Shown here: positions 25,484-39,372 of the stretch, piece after piece | Layout: every line of letters starts with the position of its first letter | Numbering within the stretch: position 1 is the first letter of the stretch | From: Felis catus | Taxonomy: Eukaryota | NCBI RefSeq assembly: GCF_018350175.1 | Contig: NC_058368.1 | Location: 183,584,001-183,648,000, forward strand | Length of the DNA: 64,000 nucleotides | Reading direction: 5' to 3' | Position numbers and translations under genes: made by a program | Notes under the pieces: model-generated | What the model saw: only the letters and a program-made list of their open reading frames with translations | Told to the model about the DNA's origin: nothing | Databases searched by the model: none

Positions 25484-26820
25484 TAATTTAAGAAATTAAA
25501 TGGTAAGCTAGATAATTTGTTTTTTAGATCACTAATGTAAAGGATATTGTGTTTTTCTAGTCAGTTTTTCTAGTATAGTTCCCTTCAGTGCAACCTGGAG
25601 ATAGATAAGAATGTAGAATCTTTCCTGTTAGAAATAAACAAAATACTACATAGTAACATATTTAATTACAGAGAATCCTCTCTTTGTCTCAACTTGCTAT
25701 GAAGTTAATGCATTTTTCTGAATGCATACACAGCTAGATACATAGATATAGATATCTCTAACAGCACAGGCCTCTACCATCATTACATATAAAATGGTAA
25801 AACTGCACTGAAAAACAAATGATACAGGTTTTGCGTGTACATCTTTTTAGATAACTGAACTTTCCCATCTTGTACTTGAAGCCATATGTTAATAAGCTTT
25901 ACATGAAAGCAGAAATCCTGTACCTAGAAGAGAAACAGCCACATAAAAACACGTTTTTGTGCTAAATGAATAATAAATTATAGGTTATGTGTTTCTTTAA
26001 TTTTAGAAGATGCATAATTTAGGATGATAAATAATTAACATATCAAAGCATTCTAATTTAACTGATGCACAAGAACAGCTAAGACATGAAGTATCCTGTT
26101 TGTGCTTAAAATACATCTTCATAGTAGAGAAATATAGCAGCTTTTTATTACTAACAATTATGATTTCCAAAGGGTAATTTCAGCTTATCACTTTAAAATA
26201 TTAGGAAATGTCAAAAAGTTCCATTTCTTATATGGGATATGTAAGTACAAAATGGTGGAAGGCAGAAAGAAAGGTGTAATTAGAACTGTGTTATTAAAAT
26301 CTAACATTTAACTTGGCTTATTTTGTTGAAGTATGATTTTTGAAAGGCATTTTCATTTTCATTTCTATACATGTCCCTCCTGCACTCTAAGTCTACTCTG
26401 TAACCACGAAAAAAAAAATCCTTATTTTGTAATCGTCAACTTTAGTAGATATTAAAACAGTGCTCTATAAATCTAGTGTGTACTGAGAATAATATAGGTG
26501 TTTATATTTAAACTGGTGACTATCTAAAGAAAGCTTTCTGGTTTTTTGGTTGTTTGTTTGCTTTTTACCTGAGGTTGAAGTTCAACTAGTTAGAAACCAA
26601 TGAGGATCTTGGACCACTTAGTTTCCATGTTCAAATTAACACTGATACACGTTGTGTCCTTGAAAACAAAAACCAACCAAACAAAAAACCTCTCTATTGT
26701 TCTGAAACACAAATTGCTGTCATTATCACTTCATATTGTTTTTGTTTGTTTTAATTAAAGCAATCATTATGAAATAGTTTCTTTTACTACTACTGAAACA
26801 CTAGATGCTCTACATACTTC

Positions 26821-26848
26821 AAACAAACAAACAAACAAACAAACAAAC
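26821..26848. repeat. (AAAC)7 microsatellite
   Basis: Directly visible. Confidence 0.95.
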
Positions 26849-27509
26849 AAAAGAATGGTAAATGATAATTAGTTAATTTCAAGGAAACCTTACTGGAAAA
26901 AAACCATGTACATCACAGTGTGAATAAGAGTCAGAAGCAGAATAAGACAGAAGTCAAAAAACACCCTCTATGTGTAAAAACACTCTGTCTTTTGAGTGTA
27001 AAAGAAGAAATTGGAGGACTGATTTTCCTAGAACATTTGTCATATCAGCAAAAATACAAGACTGTCTAGAAATGTACCAGGAGCTAGCTCCCAATAAGCA
27101 TAACAAGTCTTGTAGTAAGTACATGTTGGCTTAGACAGGAAACATCAGGAATACAGACCAGACCTAGTATGTGAAATTTAATTTATTGCCAAACAACATC
27201 TAGAAAGAATGACACTGAAAGCCAAGGAATTTCAAAATAAACTCTACTTTTAAAATAAAGATATTGGTCCTTTTCACATTTTAATACCCTTTTAAGTTCA
27301 GGGGACTTAATGAAATGGAAGAAAACTAGGTAATGTGAATATAATGTGAATACTTTCAATATATTCATATAGAATGAGTCAATCTTAAAATTGTCATTCT
27401 TCCCTTTCAGAAAGTCAAGTAGGCATTCAGGGACAACTAGGGCAACAGAGATATATACTCTCTGATCACAATAAATTAGAACTAGAAATCAATAAAAAAA
27501 TTTTAGGAA

Positions 27510-28692
27510 CTTAAAAATAGACACATAGATCAATGGAATAGAACAGAAAACCCAGAAATAAAACTACAGTTACATGGTCAATTTTTGACAAAGGAGGAAT
27601 GAATATATAATGGGAAAAAGAGAGTTTCCTCAACAAGTGGTACTGGAAAAACTGGACAGCCACACACAAATGAATGAAACCAGACCACTTTATTTCACCA
27701 TACACAAAAATAAATTAAAAATGGATTAAAGATCTAGATATAAGACCTGAAACCATAAAAGTCCTTAAAGATAGCATAGGCATTAATCTCTCTTACATTG
27801 GCTGTAGCAATATTTTTCTAGATGTCTCCTGAGGCAAGGTAAATAAAAGGAAAAATAAACTACTGGGACTATATCAAAATAAAAAGGCTTCTGCACAGTG
27901 AAGGAAACAATCAACAAAACTAAAAGGCAACCTACAGAAAGGGAGAAGATATTTGCAAATGACATAGCCAATAAAGGATTAGTATCCAAAATGTATAAAG
28001 AACTTATAAAACTCAATACCCAAAAAACAAGTGATCCAATAAAAATGGGCAGAAGACATGAACAGACATTTCTCCAATGAAGACATCCGGATGGCCAACA
28101 GAACACATAAAAAGATACTCAACATTACTCATCATCAAGGAAACGCAAATCAAAACCACAATATCACCTAACATCTGTTCAAATAACATCAGAAACACAA
28201 GAAACAAGTGTTGGCAAGAATATGGAAAAAAAAGGAACTCTTGTGCACTGTTGGTGCGACTGCAAACTGGTGCAGCCACCATGGAAGACAGTATGGAGGT
28301 TCCTCAAAAAATTAAAAATAGAAATTCCCTATAATCCAGTAATCGCACTACTGGGTATTTACCAAAGCAATACAAAAACACTAAATCAAAGGGATACATG
28401 CACCTGTATATTTATAGCAGCATTACTTGGAAGAAAATCAAGTGTGCATCAAAAGATGAATAAAAAAATAATACATTATGTATACATATATATGTGTATA
28501 TTGGATATGTGTACACACACACATACAAGAAATTTCTCATTCATAAAAAATGAATGAAATATTGCCACTTACAACAGCATGGATGGAGCTAGAGAGTATA
28601 ACGCTAAGCAAAATAAATCAGTCAGAAAAAGAAAAATACTGTATGGTTTCACTCATATGCTGAATTTAATAAACAAAACAAATGAGCAAAGG

Positions 28693-28736
<44 letters not shown>

Positions 28737-28880
28737 TAGGCAATAAACTAATAGCTGCCAGAAGAGGGGCGGGTGGGGGATGGGGGAAATAGTGGATGAG
28801 GATTAAAGAATATACTTATGATGCTGAAATAAAATAAAATAAAATGATAAAAAATTAAAAAAAGAACAAAACAAAAACAG
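27510..28880 (+). mobile_element. 5'-truncated carnivore L1 (L1_Carn-like): ORF2 C-terminus, 3'UTR and A tail
   Basis: Translates to '[18 protein letters not shown]' and '[34 protein letters not shown]'; (GA)n in the 3'UTR; A-rich tail. Confidence 0.93.
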
Positions 28881-28884
28881 CCTT

Positions 28885-31322
28885 TAATATTTTAGCAGTT
28901 TTATGTTATAAACAAAACTCAGCATAAAGTATAGAGTTCCCATATACTTTCCACCAAACACATTCACAAGTCACCCTGCCACCCCCCCTTCACCCCCGTT
29001 TCACCTGAGTAATTCATTCATTACAATCAGTGGACCTACAATGGCACAAAAATATCATCCAAAGTCTACATTTTTCATTGGGTACTCTTGGTGTTGCACA
29101 TTATATTGGTTTGGAAATATGTATAATTTCATGTACCCACCATTACAGTATCATACAGAATGGCTTCACTGCCCTAAAACTTCCGTGTTCTCTACTTATT
29201 CATCCCTACTTCCCTCTCAACACCTGGAACTACTTATCTTTTTCACTGTCTCCATAGTTTCGTTTTTTCCAGATCATCATATAATTGGAATCATACAGTA
29301 TGTAGCCTTCTCATATTAGCATCTTTCACTAATATGAATTTAAGCTTCCTGCATGTGTTTTCATGGTTCAGTAGCTCATTCCTTTTTAAGTGCTGAATAA
29401 TATTCTATCATCTATGTGTACCCAGTTCATATATCCATTCACCTACTGAAGGACATCTTGCTTTCTCCCACGTTTTGACAATTATGTATAAAATAGCTAT
29501 AAGCATCTGTGTGCAGTATTTGTGTGGATGTAAGATTTCAGTTCACTACAGGAAGTAACAAGAAGCAAAACTGTTGGATCATGTGGTAAGAATATAGTTA
29601 GTTTTGCAAGAAATTGCCAATGCCTTCTAAAGTGGTGGTATCATTTTGCTTTCCCACCAACAGTGAATGAGAGTTCCTGTTGCTGCACATCCTTGCCAGC
29701 ATTTGGTGGCAGTGTTTTGTCAGTGTTTTGAATTTTCACCATCTAATAGGTGTGTGGTGGTCTCCTGTTATTTTACTTTGCAAATCCCTGGTGACATATG
29801 AAGTTGAATGTCTTTTCAGGTATTTCCTGCCATCTATATTTTCTTTGGAGAGGTGTCTCTTCAGGTCTTTGCCCATTTTTTAACTGTTTCCCCCCTCCCT
29901 CTATTGAGTTTTAAGAGTTGTTTGCATTTTTTTTTAATTTTTTTTTCAACGTTTTTATTTTTTTGGGACAGAGAGAGACAGAGCATGAACAGGGGAGGGG
30001 CAGAGAGAGAGGGAGACACAGAATCGGAAACAGGCTCCAGGCTCCGAGCCATTAGCCCAGAGCCTGACGCGGGTTCGAACTCACGGACGGCGAGATCGTG
30101 ACCTGGCTGAAGTCGGACGCTTAACCGACTGCGCCACCCAGGCGCCCCAAGATTTGTTTGCATATTTTAAATAACAGTCCTATATCATAAGTGTCTTTTG
30201 CAAATATTTTCTCCCAGTCTATAATTTGTCTTCTCATTCTCTTGACAGTGTCATTCCCAGGGATGAAGTTCTACTTTTAATGAAGTACAGCTTATCAATT
30301 ATTTATTTCATGGAATGTGCCTTTGGTGTTGTATCTAAAAAGTCATCACTATACCGAAAGTCATGTAGATTTTTATCTGTATTATCTTGAAAGAGTTTTA
30401 TACTTTTCTATTTTACATTTAAGCCCATGATTCATACTGTGTAAACTTTTGTAAGGATATAAAATCTGTGTATAGATTTATTTGCATGTGGATGTCCAAT
30501 TAGCTGTTTAAACACCATTTGTTGAACAAACTATTTTTCTCCATGTATTGCCTTTACTCCTTTGATGAAGTTCATTTGACTATATGTGCATTGGTCTATT
30601 TTGGGCTCCCTGTTCTGTTCAACTGATCCAATTGTCTATTTCTTCACCAATACTAAACTATCTGATTATTCCAGCTTTAGAGTAGGTCTTGAGGTCAGAT
30701 ATGTTACTCCTCCAAATTTGTTCTTCAATATTTTCTAGGCTATTCTGGTGCTTTTGTGTCTCCACATAAACTGCAAAGTCAGTTTGTTGATGTTCATAGA
30801 ATAAATTTCTGGGACTACAGTGAATCTATAAATTATGTTAGAAAAAAATATTTGACAATATTGTGTTTTCCTATATGTGAACACAAAATAGCTCTCCATT
30901 TAATTTTCCTTTGATTTCTTTCATCAGACTTTTGTAGTTTTGCTCTTATATATCATGTGCATTTTTAATTTATACCTAGGTATTTTATTTTGGAGGGGAG
31001 TCTAATATAAATGGTATTGCATTTTTGTGTTTCAAATTCCATTTGTTCATTGATGGTGTACATAGAAGTCACTAACTTTCTGACATCAAATATGTATCCT
31101 AACCCTTCCCATAATTATTTCTTAGTACCAGGATTTTTTTTAAACAAATACTTTCATATTTTCTACATACACAATTACATTGTTTACAAAGACAGTTTTA
31201 TTTATCCCTTCCCAAAATATAATTTTATTTCCTTTTCTTCTCTTACTGCATTAACTAGCATTTCCAGTATGATACTGAAATGGAGTTATGAAAGAGGACA
31301 CTTGTGTCGTGTTCCTGATCCT
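28885..31322 (-). mobile_element. Old L1 3' portion (L1MC1-like)
   Basis: Reverse L1MC1-like 3' end 'catccaaagtc...ctcttggtgttg...catacagaatggcttcactgccctaaaa', followed by antisense ORF2 sequence. Confidence 0.85.
29928..30148 (-). mobile_element. Young feline SINEC nested in L1MC
   Basis: TSD aaga(g/t)ttgtttgcat at 29913-29927 and 30149-30163. Confidence 0.96.
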
Positions 31323-31381
31323 GCATAAATAGAAAAAAGTGCTGTGGGCATTAATAAGTATGTGTTTAAAAGGTTTAAAGA

Positions 31382-31600
31382 GGGGAGGCTGGGTGGCTCA
31401 GTTGGTTAAACGTCTGATCATGGCTCAGGTCATGATCTCGTAGTTTGTGGGTTCAAGCTCCACGTCAGGCTCTGTGCTGACAGCTCGGGGCTTGGAGCCT
31501 ATTTCTGATTCTATGTCTCCCCCTCTGTCCCTCCTCTATTCACATTCTCTGTCTCTCTCTCAAAATGAATACATTAAAAATATATATTCAAAAATCATTT
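31382..31600 (+). mobile_element. SINEC
   Basis: SINEC head, body and tail. Confidence 0.9.
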
Positions 31601-31620
31601 TAAAAAAGTTTTCAAGAATA

Positions 31621-31752
31621 GGGTGATTGGTGGCTCAGTTAGTTAAGCATTCAACTCTTGATTTCAACTCAGGTCATGACCCAGGGTCTTGGGATCCAGA
31701 CCAGTGTCAGGCTCTGTGCTGAGCATGGAGACTGCTATGGAGACTGCTTAAG

Positions 31753-31814
<62 letters not shown>

Positions 31815-31860
31815 CTTCTGCCCCTCTCCCCCACTTGTGCCCTCTCTCTTTCTAAAATAA

Positions 31861-31899
<39 letters not shown>

Positions 31900-31900
31900 A
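31621..31900 (+). mobile_element. SINEC with expanded (TC)n and (TAAA)n tail
   Basis: SINEC head; (TC)n at 31755-31807; (TAAA)n at ~31861-31900. Confidence 0.9.
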
Positions 31901-32979
31901 TGTTTAAAGAATAAATGTTGAAAAATATTTTCACCTAAATAGATCTTGAAGGGAAGAATGCAAGTAGAAAATGGAAGGTAACTAAGTGGACTTTCCTCTC
32001 AAGAGCTATAATTTATTTTCATATATTAAAATAAAAAACAATAAGTAATATTTAAATCCTTATTTATGGAGGCTACAGAAGCAAAGAATTCTAGAGCAGG
32101 AAGTGCCTAAATTATGATAATATTTGTCTTATATTGTAAATAACTGTGCTATTTGCATAACAGCTATTGAGTGTATACTCAGTGCTGTAGTAAGACCTAG
32201 AAAGATGAATAAAACAACTGGCAATCTCAAAGGATGCTAGAGTATGTCTATATAAAATAACATATAATAATGTTGAATGAAAAAAAAAGAAGGTGGCAAC
32301 AGAATGGCAGAAACAGATCAGTGATATCTAGACTGAACGTCCTAAGCAGATTTTTGCTCTTAAAGTATATTCAATTTAGAAGCTCTCATTGCATAGTGTC
32401 ACTTAGAGAAATCCCTGCTAGATCTGACAGGAGGAGAATGGACCTAACTAAAGGTACACATGTTCTGATAGCAATTCTTGTGGCTATCTAGAGAAGAGCT
32501 CAGCCACCAATTCTGATACCAATTCCTACTAGGAAAGAGTACACACTATCTCCATATCCATAATTATGTGAATAGAGTCACTTTTATAGTCTGTTTCTAT
32601 ACTAGCCCTTCAAGTTTTTATTCATCCACCTATAAATTGCTGCATATTTCTGCCAGATTCTCTGCTCAGCTGCTCCTTTGATCTCCCATCTGTTCATTTC
32701 TTTCTCTCTGATTGAAGAAACAAGAAGTATTTGTGGCTATGTATTCCACTGAGAAGCCACAAGACAAAAGACGGATGTGGATGAATGAAAAGATTTTAGC
32801 CTAAAGTGCCTTTTTCTGAAAATACTTGAAATCATGTTGATTTGATTTTCTGTGAAGAATAGAATGATCAGATGCCATATTTTAAAAGACTATCTCATTT
32901 TTAACCATTCTGCTACAGTATTCTGAAACTTCATTATACCTTGAAAAGGACAGCAATGTTTAGCAGATGAAATGGTTTT

Positions 32980-33725
32980 TTAATACCCTTTAATGGCTTC
33001 CCTTTGCACCTGGAATAAAATCTAAATTTTTCTCAGGGCCAAAACATTCTATGTGATCCATCATCACTTGCCTCTTTTGTTCACAATTCTCCAAACATAC
33101 TGGCCTGTTTCAGTTTGCTGAACACATTGTACCCATTTTCATCTTGAGATTCGCCTACATTCAGTTCATTTGCCTGAAACAATCTTTTTTCACACTCGTC
33201 ATGGATGACTTCTCATCCCTCTGGTCTCAGCTCAGGTGTCACCTTCACGCCCCCCCCCCCCCCGCCTAAAATAAGTCCCTCCTGTCTTGTCTTGTGAAAG
33301 AGATGTAGTGGCATGATTAAGAATATAAGATCTATATTAAAATAACAGTTTTAATACCTAGTCTGCCATCAATAATGTAGGCAACCAACGGCAGCCTTCC
33401 TATGCTTCAGTTTCATAATTTACAAAATGGAGATGATGATGATGCCCCATAGAGTTGTCAGGTTAAATAAACTAATAAAGTTAAGCACTTCAGTGCCTAG
33501 AAGAAGAGAAACACTCAATAAATATTTGTTATCATATCTTAGCAATCTGTTTGTTTCTTCCAAATTTCTTATAACAACATGGATATCATTTCCATCTGTC
33601 TACCATGCTACCTTTCAGGGTTTCTGAGGGCAAGGATTGTATTAACCTTGTTTCATCCTTATTTCCCCAATCCAAAAAAGCATCTCACATAACAGGGTTC
33701 AATGACTGCTTATTGCATGATCAAA
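32980..33725 (+). mobile_element. L2 3' relic split by a MIR
   Basis: 'aatggcttccctttgcacctggaataaaatctaaa', 'ggtctcagctcaggtgtcacc', 'tgagggcaaggattgt'. Confidence 0.7.
33303..33530 (+). mobile_element. MIR
   Basis: 'cttcagtttcataatttacaaaatggagatgatgat...catagagttgtcaggttaaata...agcacttcagtgcctag...actcaataaat'. Confidence 0.75.
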
Positions 33726-33849
33726 TGCGTGACAGATTTCTGTGAGAATTATTGTAATATCCTGTCTATTAATGGGTTGAACTTGTGAGTGTAATCTCTT
33801 CCTCTCTTTATTAATCAAACTTTTCTCTTAGGAACTGACATCATCACTT

Positions 33850-34010
33850 GGGGAACCTGAGTGGCTCAGTTGGTTAAGTGTCAGATTCTTAACTTCAGCT
33901 CAGGTCATGATCTCACAGTTCCTGAGATCGAGCCCCATGTCAGGCTCTGCACTGACAGTGTGGAGCCTGCTTGGGATTCTCTCTCTCCCCGTCTGTCTGC
34001 CCCTCCTCTA

Positions 34011-34058
<48 letters not shown>

Positions 34059-34092
34059 AAAAAAAAAAACATAAATAAACATTAAAAAAAGC
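33850..34092 (+). mobile_element. SINEC
   Basis: SINEC with (CT)n; degenerate TSD gaactgacat. Confidence 0.92.
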
Positions 34093-34376
34093 GAGAGAAC
34101 TGACATTGTCATTCCTTAGAATTTGGGAACTTACCCCTGACCAGTGTGGTTTCTTGTGTAATGTAACTAGCTTTTCCTGTGGCATGAATGAAATGCATCC
34201 CTCTCTGTCTCAAATACCAGGCCATCTATATAATGAATGCTTCCAAAAGAAGGGGCAAAACCCATGTTTAAAGGCAAAGAATCTTTACTCAAGATGGCAT
34301 TACATAATGCTATCTCAGAAGAGACATGCAAGTATTTCTTAACCTTCCAAAGAAGCTCTTTAAAGGGGCTACTTGA

Positions 34377-34612
34377 GGGGCACCTGGGTGGCTCAGTCAG
34401 TTGTGCACCCGACTTTGCTCAGGTCATGATCTCACAGTTTGTGAGTTCAAACCCCTCATCAGGCTCTGTGCTGACAGCTCAGAGCCTGGAGCCTGCTTCA
34501 GATTCTGTGTTTCCCTCTCTCTCTGCTCCTCTCCTGCTCACACTCTGTCTCTCTCTCTCTCAAAATAAATAAACATTTTTTTTTAATTTAGAAAAAAATA
34601 AATAAATAAAAA
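34377..34612 (+). mobile_element. SINEC
   Basis: TSD TAAAGGGGCTACTTGAG at 34361-34377 and 34613-34629. Confidence 0.95.
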
Positions 34613-35679
34613 TAAAGGGGCTACTTGAGCTGGAATTAGTACCATTAATATTCTCTCCCTTTTCCTTGAGTCTACATCAAGGATGAAATCGTTGGTGTTC
34701 TAATGATCAACCTATAACCCTTGTTACAAAGGGTCTTTGCAAGATGTGGTTAGTTCACAAATTATTTAGAAAATGAAATCAGCTGAACCACAGAGGTAAA
34801 TGGTAAGACTGGTGGCATTTTATTGGTTCCCTTCTTGCCATTTTCAGCAAAGTTCTATAAGAGAGATAAACTCAGAGTAGAGCAAGCTATTCTGAAAAGA
34901 GACATGGAAGAAAAATTCTGCTATCTTCTTCTATCCAATCTTTGTCAAAGAAATGTCTTATGAATAGGAACCTTTTAACACTGAGAATCCAACTGCTTCT
35001 GGATTCTAAACTGAAATGGTTGTCCATGGTGGCTTTAAAACTAAAGCTTCAGCAGAAGATAAAGCTGGTATCCAGTCTTCTAGTAAAGACAGGAAAAAGC
35101 CATTGTCTTCCTGCTTGAACCATTGTTTTCAGGGACAAAAGTTTAAGAAAGAAGCTTAGAAGTAAAGTTCTTGACACAATGGCTAATTCTTAGTAAACAG
35201 GCAAATACTGATCATGGTAATTAAAAGCAGAACTTACAAAGTATGAAGTAAATGCCAAGAGTTTCCCAGGCTTAAAACTATGTGAAAACAAGATTTTGGT
35301 TGTGGTTATTCAACCAAGGAATTAACCAGAAGCAGAGACTGGAAATCTACTAAACTTTTGGAAGGAAATTTATTGAAAAGAATAAAAAAGAACAAGACAA
35401 CAAAAACCTTGTTGATATGAACCTTTAAGAAACCATCCTTTGGCTTTAGAGCTCCAGCAGTAGGAAGGGAGTAGTAGTTCCTAACGCATTCAAAGGTAGT
35501 TCCTAAATGCACATTCATACCAATAGCTCCCCCAACCCAGATGAAACTTTGTGATTTGCTGTTTTGGAGGTACAGAAATCTATTTCATTATATCTTTCTA
35601 CCACTTTTCCAGTACTTTTCCAGAAATAAGTTTCTACCATGCACTAATAATTTGAAGAGGCATGATCTCTGATAATGGG

Positions 35680-35898
35680 TTTATTTATTTTTTTTAATGT
35701 TTTATATTTATTTTTGAGAGAGAGAGACAGAGAGTGAGCAGAGGAGGGGCAGAGAGAGAGGGAGACACAGAATACAAAGCAGGCTCCAGGCTCTGAGCTG
35801 TTAGCACAGAGCCTAATGTGGGGCTCAAACTTGCAAACTATGAGATTGTGATCTGAGCTGAAGTCTGATCCTTAACCGAATGAGCCACCCAAGCACCC
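35680..35898 (-). mobile_element. SINEC
   Basis: Reverse SINE; TSD tgataatgg. Confidence 0.93.
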
Positions 35899-36984
35899 AT
35901 GATAATGGTTTTAAAATGAAATTTTGGTTTTCTAGTTTAAGAGTTTAATAGATGAATACAGACCATGTACATGTGTGCTTAGTGTACACAAATGTGCAAG
36001 GACATATACTTAGACATAAATAAATATATGCAGCTTTGGATATGTTTGAGTGTAAATATAAATCTGACAATTTGTTGTAACTCTATTTGTTTTAGCAGGA
36101 ACTTTCTGAATCCCAAGACTGCAAATTAAATAAATATATTAGGCTGTCGCAGCAAGTTTTCTTTCTAAAGAAATGACAGGCTTGATTAGTAAGTATGCCC
36201 TTTATCTGTAAGGTTCTTATTTGTCTACCATTTCACAGCAAGCAATTCTGATGAATGGCACAATTAACCTTTCCATTATTAAAACAATTAATTGCAAAAA
36301 TTAAAGACATGACAAGGACAAAATATTAATGCATAAATTATTAGGTTCGAAAAGTATAATTATTAATCCATGTACAGGAATGGTGGCAAAAACAGTGAAC
36401 AAATGGGATGCTAAAATCTGCTATATACATATATATATTCTTTTTTTAGGGGGGGGGAGCTTTTTCACTTCTTTCACATACCAAGTATGAATATTTTATG
36501 TTGAACATGAGGTCTAAGAGAGATTTGGTATCAGCTAAATACTGTAAATATATATAATATTATAACATAAAATTAAAACTGGTTATCTAATAAAGACCTA
36601 TACATACAAAAAGTATATGTTTGAAAATAACCATTTTGAGAGTATATATAAAATGATGTTATGTTGATATTTACCAAAAAAATTAAGATTTTTTTTTTAA
36701 GACTTGTCTCTTACACTAGCTTGTAGCTACAGAGATACAAAAGAGTCAGGAGAAACAGACCACTTTTTATTTCAAATCAGAATATTTAAGCTAAATTCAC
36801 AACTGTGACTTTACTGGCCATATAGAATTAATTTCCTTGAACTTCTGATTTGAGAGAGCAAAATAAAACTTTGAAATTCTCTTTTCATCTGTTTTGGTAA
36901 GTAGATAACATATGAGAAAGCACTCTCAAGTATTATATAAATGTTAATTACTGTTATTATTTTATTAAAAATAGTTTCAGGAAT

Positions 36985-37226
36985 GGGGCGCCTGGGTGGC
37001 TCCGTTGGTTAAGTGGCAAACTTCGGCTCAGCTCATGATCTCATTCATGGTCTGTGGGTTCGAGCCCCACATCAGGCTCTGTGCTGACAGCTCAGAGCCT
37101 GGAGCCTGCTTCAGAGTCTGTGCCTCCCTCTCTTTCTCTGCCCTTTCCCTGCTTGCACTCTCTCTCTCTCTCTCTCTCCCTTCTGTCTCTCTCTCTCTCT
37201 CTCTCAAAATAAACAAGTATTCAAAC
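36985..37226 (+). mobile_element. SINEC
   Basis: TSD AATAGTTTCAGGAA at 36970-36983 and 37227-37240. Confidence 0.95.
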
Positions 37227-37249
37227 AATAGTTTCAGGAACATATTCAA

Positions 37250-37605
37250 CTCTGCCCTGTCCAAAACAGTTGCCACTACTGCTACGTGGCTATTGGACAC
37301 TTGGAATATGGCTTGCTCAGTGATTGAAGAAATGAGCTTTTAACTTTAATTTTATTTCCTTTATTTTTTTCATGTTTATCTCTATTTTTGAGACAGAGAG
37401 AGACAGACCATGAGCAGGAGAGAGGCAGAGAGAGAGGGAGACACAGAATCCAAAGCAGGCTCCAGGCTCAGAGGTGTCAGCACAGAGCCCAATGGCAGGG
37501 CTTGAACTCGTCAACTGCGAGATCATAACCTGAGCTGAAGTCGGACGCTCAACCGACTGGGCCACCCAGACGCCCCAATTTTATTTCCTTTAAATTTAAA
37601 TATCC
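37250..37605. mobile_element. hAT-Charlie MITE fragment (MER3-like), interrupted by a SINE
   Basis: 'ctgtccaaaacagttgccact...cgtggctattggacacttggaatatggct...ttttaactttaattttattt'. Confidence 0.65.
37364..37576 (-). mobile_element. SINEC
   Basis: TSD AATTTTATTTCCTTTA at 37348-37363 and 37577-37592. Confidence 0.95.
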
Positions 37606-38905
37606 TCATTTATTGAACTTCTTATTCTTTATACAGAAGTTACAAAGTCATTCATCAGTGTTCACGCTCTGATTGGACAGTAATAACTGAGGCCTGATCA
37701 TCATGTTATTCGAAAGCACGCATTCACCAAAGTGCTATTGCTCAACATCATTTGTGATCCTTTTGCACCTATTTTAACCTATAGATGACAATACAAATTT
37801 GGGGCCTTCCAAAGACTGCAGGTCATGATATCATTTGTGTCATGGAACTTTCACCTCATATTCATTTGCATGTGACAAAGACTTTTCCTCCCCAAACTAC
37901 ATTCTTAGATTTGAAAAGCTTTATCAGTAACATCTGCATAAACTCAATTTGATATAGGAGCCACTGTATAGTTCAACCTAATTAAAGAAAAAAATATTTG
38001 CTATAGTACTGTTCAAATGCTATATAAGCCAGTCATGTCAAATTTTGATATTTAAAAATGATATGGCATGTTTGCAATAATAACACTTGATTTATTTGGT
38101 GAAAGGAAACTAGAATGAAAGAGTATTTTGATTTGAATATGTGGTTGGAAACATAATAAACTATAAAATGACTATGACTATGACTATGTAAAAGAGCTAA
38201 AGTATTGCTCTTTACATGGAAGATGGATGACAGATAGATAGGTAGATACAAAGACAGCCAGCCAGTCAGATGATAGATAGATAATTGTTTCATTGACTCT
38301 CTGAGAGGAAAATTTTATATTGCACATAGAACAATCTACAGGCAAGCAGGTAATAAAAATATCTGAAAATTTAACTTGGCATTTTGTACTAGTTGCACAG
38401 TAGGTCCTCAACATATGTGTATGGACTCAAATCATTATTTCTCTTTAGGGAAGATTTTCAAGTTTCTCATTTTTTTATTATCCTTATAGTAGCAGATGCA
38501 TAAAATATACGAGTCAATTCATCAAGTACATCAAGAACATCTAATAAAAGAGAATATTCAGTAGTCACATGGGTTATATATGCAAATGACAATATTTTGT
38601 TTCAGACAAATTATTTACTTATAATGTCCTATTCTGATGTGTGATCAAAAGCAATTGTTATTCATTCCTTTAATTTGGGTAAAGTTTTAGGGAAAAGACA
38701 AATAGGAACAGGTGGAATGTATGGTTCCTGGAGTTTTACGCTCAAGGAAGTGACTCCTAAACACAGAAAAACTTTGATCTGCCTGACTTGCTGGAACTGT
38801 AGGCTGAAAAAGAATGTTTGCAATTTCCTTTTAAGTAGGACAAGTGAGCAATACATTTTAAAACACTTTAAAACTTTAAAGACTCATTTAAGAATGAATG
38901 AGTCA

Positions 38906-39129
38906 GGGTTGCCCAGGGGGCTCAGTGGGTTAAGTGCATCTGACTCCTCATTTCAGCTCCTGTCACTATCTCAAGGTTTGTGAGATCAAGTCCTGCATTA
39001 GGGTTTGTACTAACAGTGTGGAGTCTGCTTGGGATTCTCTGTCTCCCTCTCTCTCCACACCCCACTGTCACTCGCATACTCTCTCTCACTCCCTCTCTCT
39101 CAAAATAAATAAATAAACATTAAAAAAAA
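38906..39129 (+). mobile_element. SINEC
   Basis: Diverged SINEC; TSD gaatgagtca. Confidence 0.9.
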
Positions 39130-39189
39130 GAATGAGTCATATCATATTTTTCTCCTAAAATTTAAGTAAAATTTTAAAAAGTAAAACTT

Positions 39190-39372
39190 GTGGCGCCTGA
39201 GTGTCTCAGTCAGTTAAGCATCCCGACTTCAGCCCAGGTCATGATTAGTTCATGGATCCTCACATCAGGCTCTCTGCTGTCAATGCAGGGTCTGCTTCAG
39301 ACCCTCTGTCCCCCTCTCTCTGCCCTTCCCCTGCTCGCACTCTCTCTCTCTCGAAAATAAACAAATATTAAA
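39190..39372 (+). mobile_element. SINEC
   Basis: Diverged SINEC; TSD aaaaagtaaaact. Confidence 0.9.
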
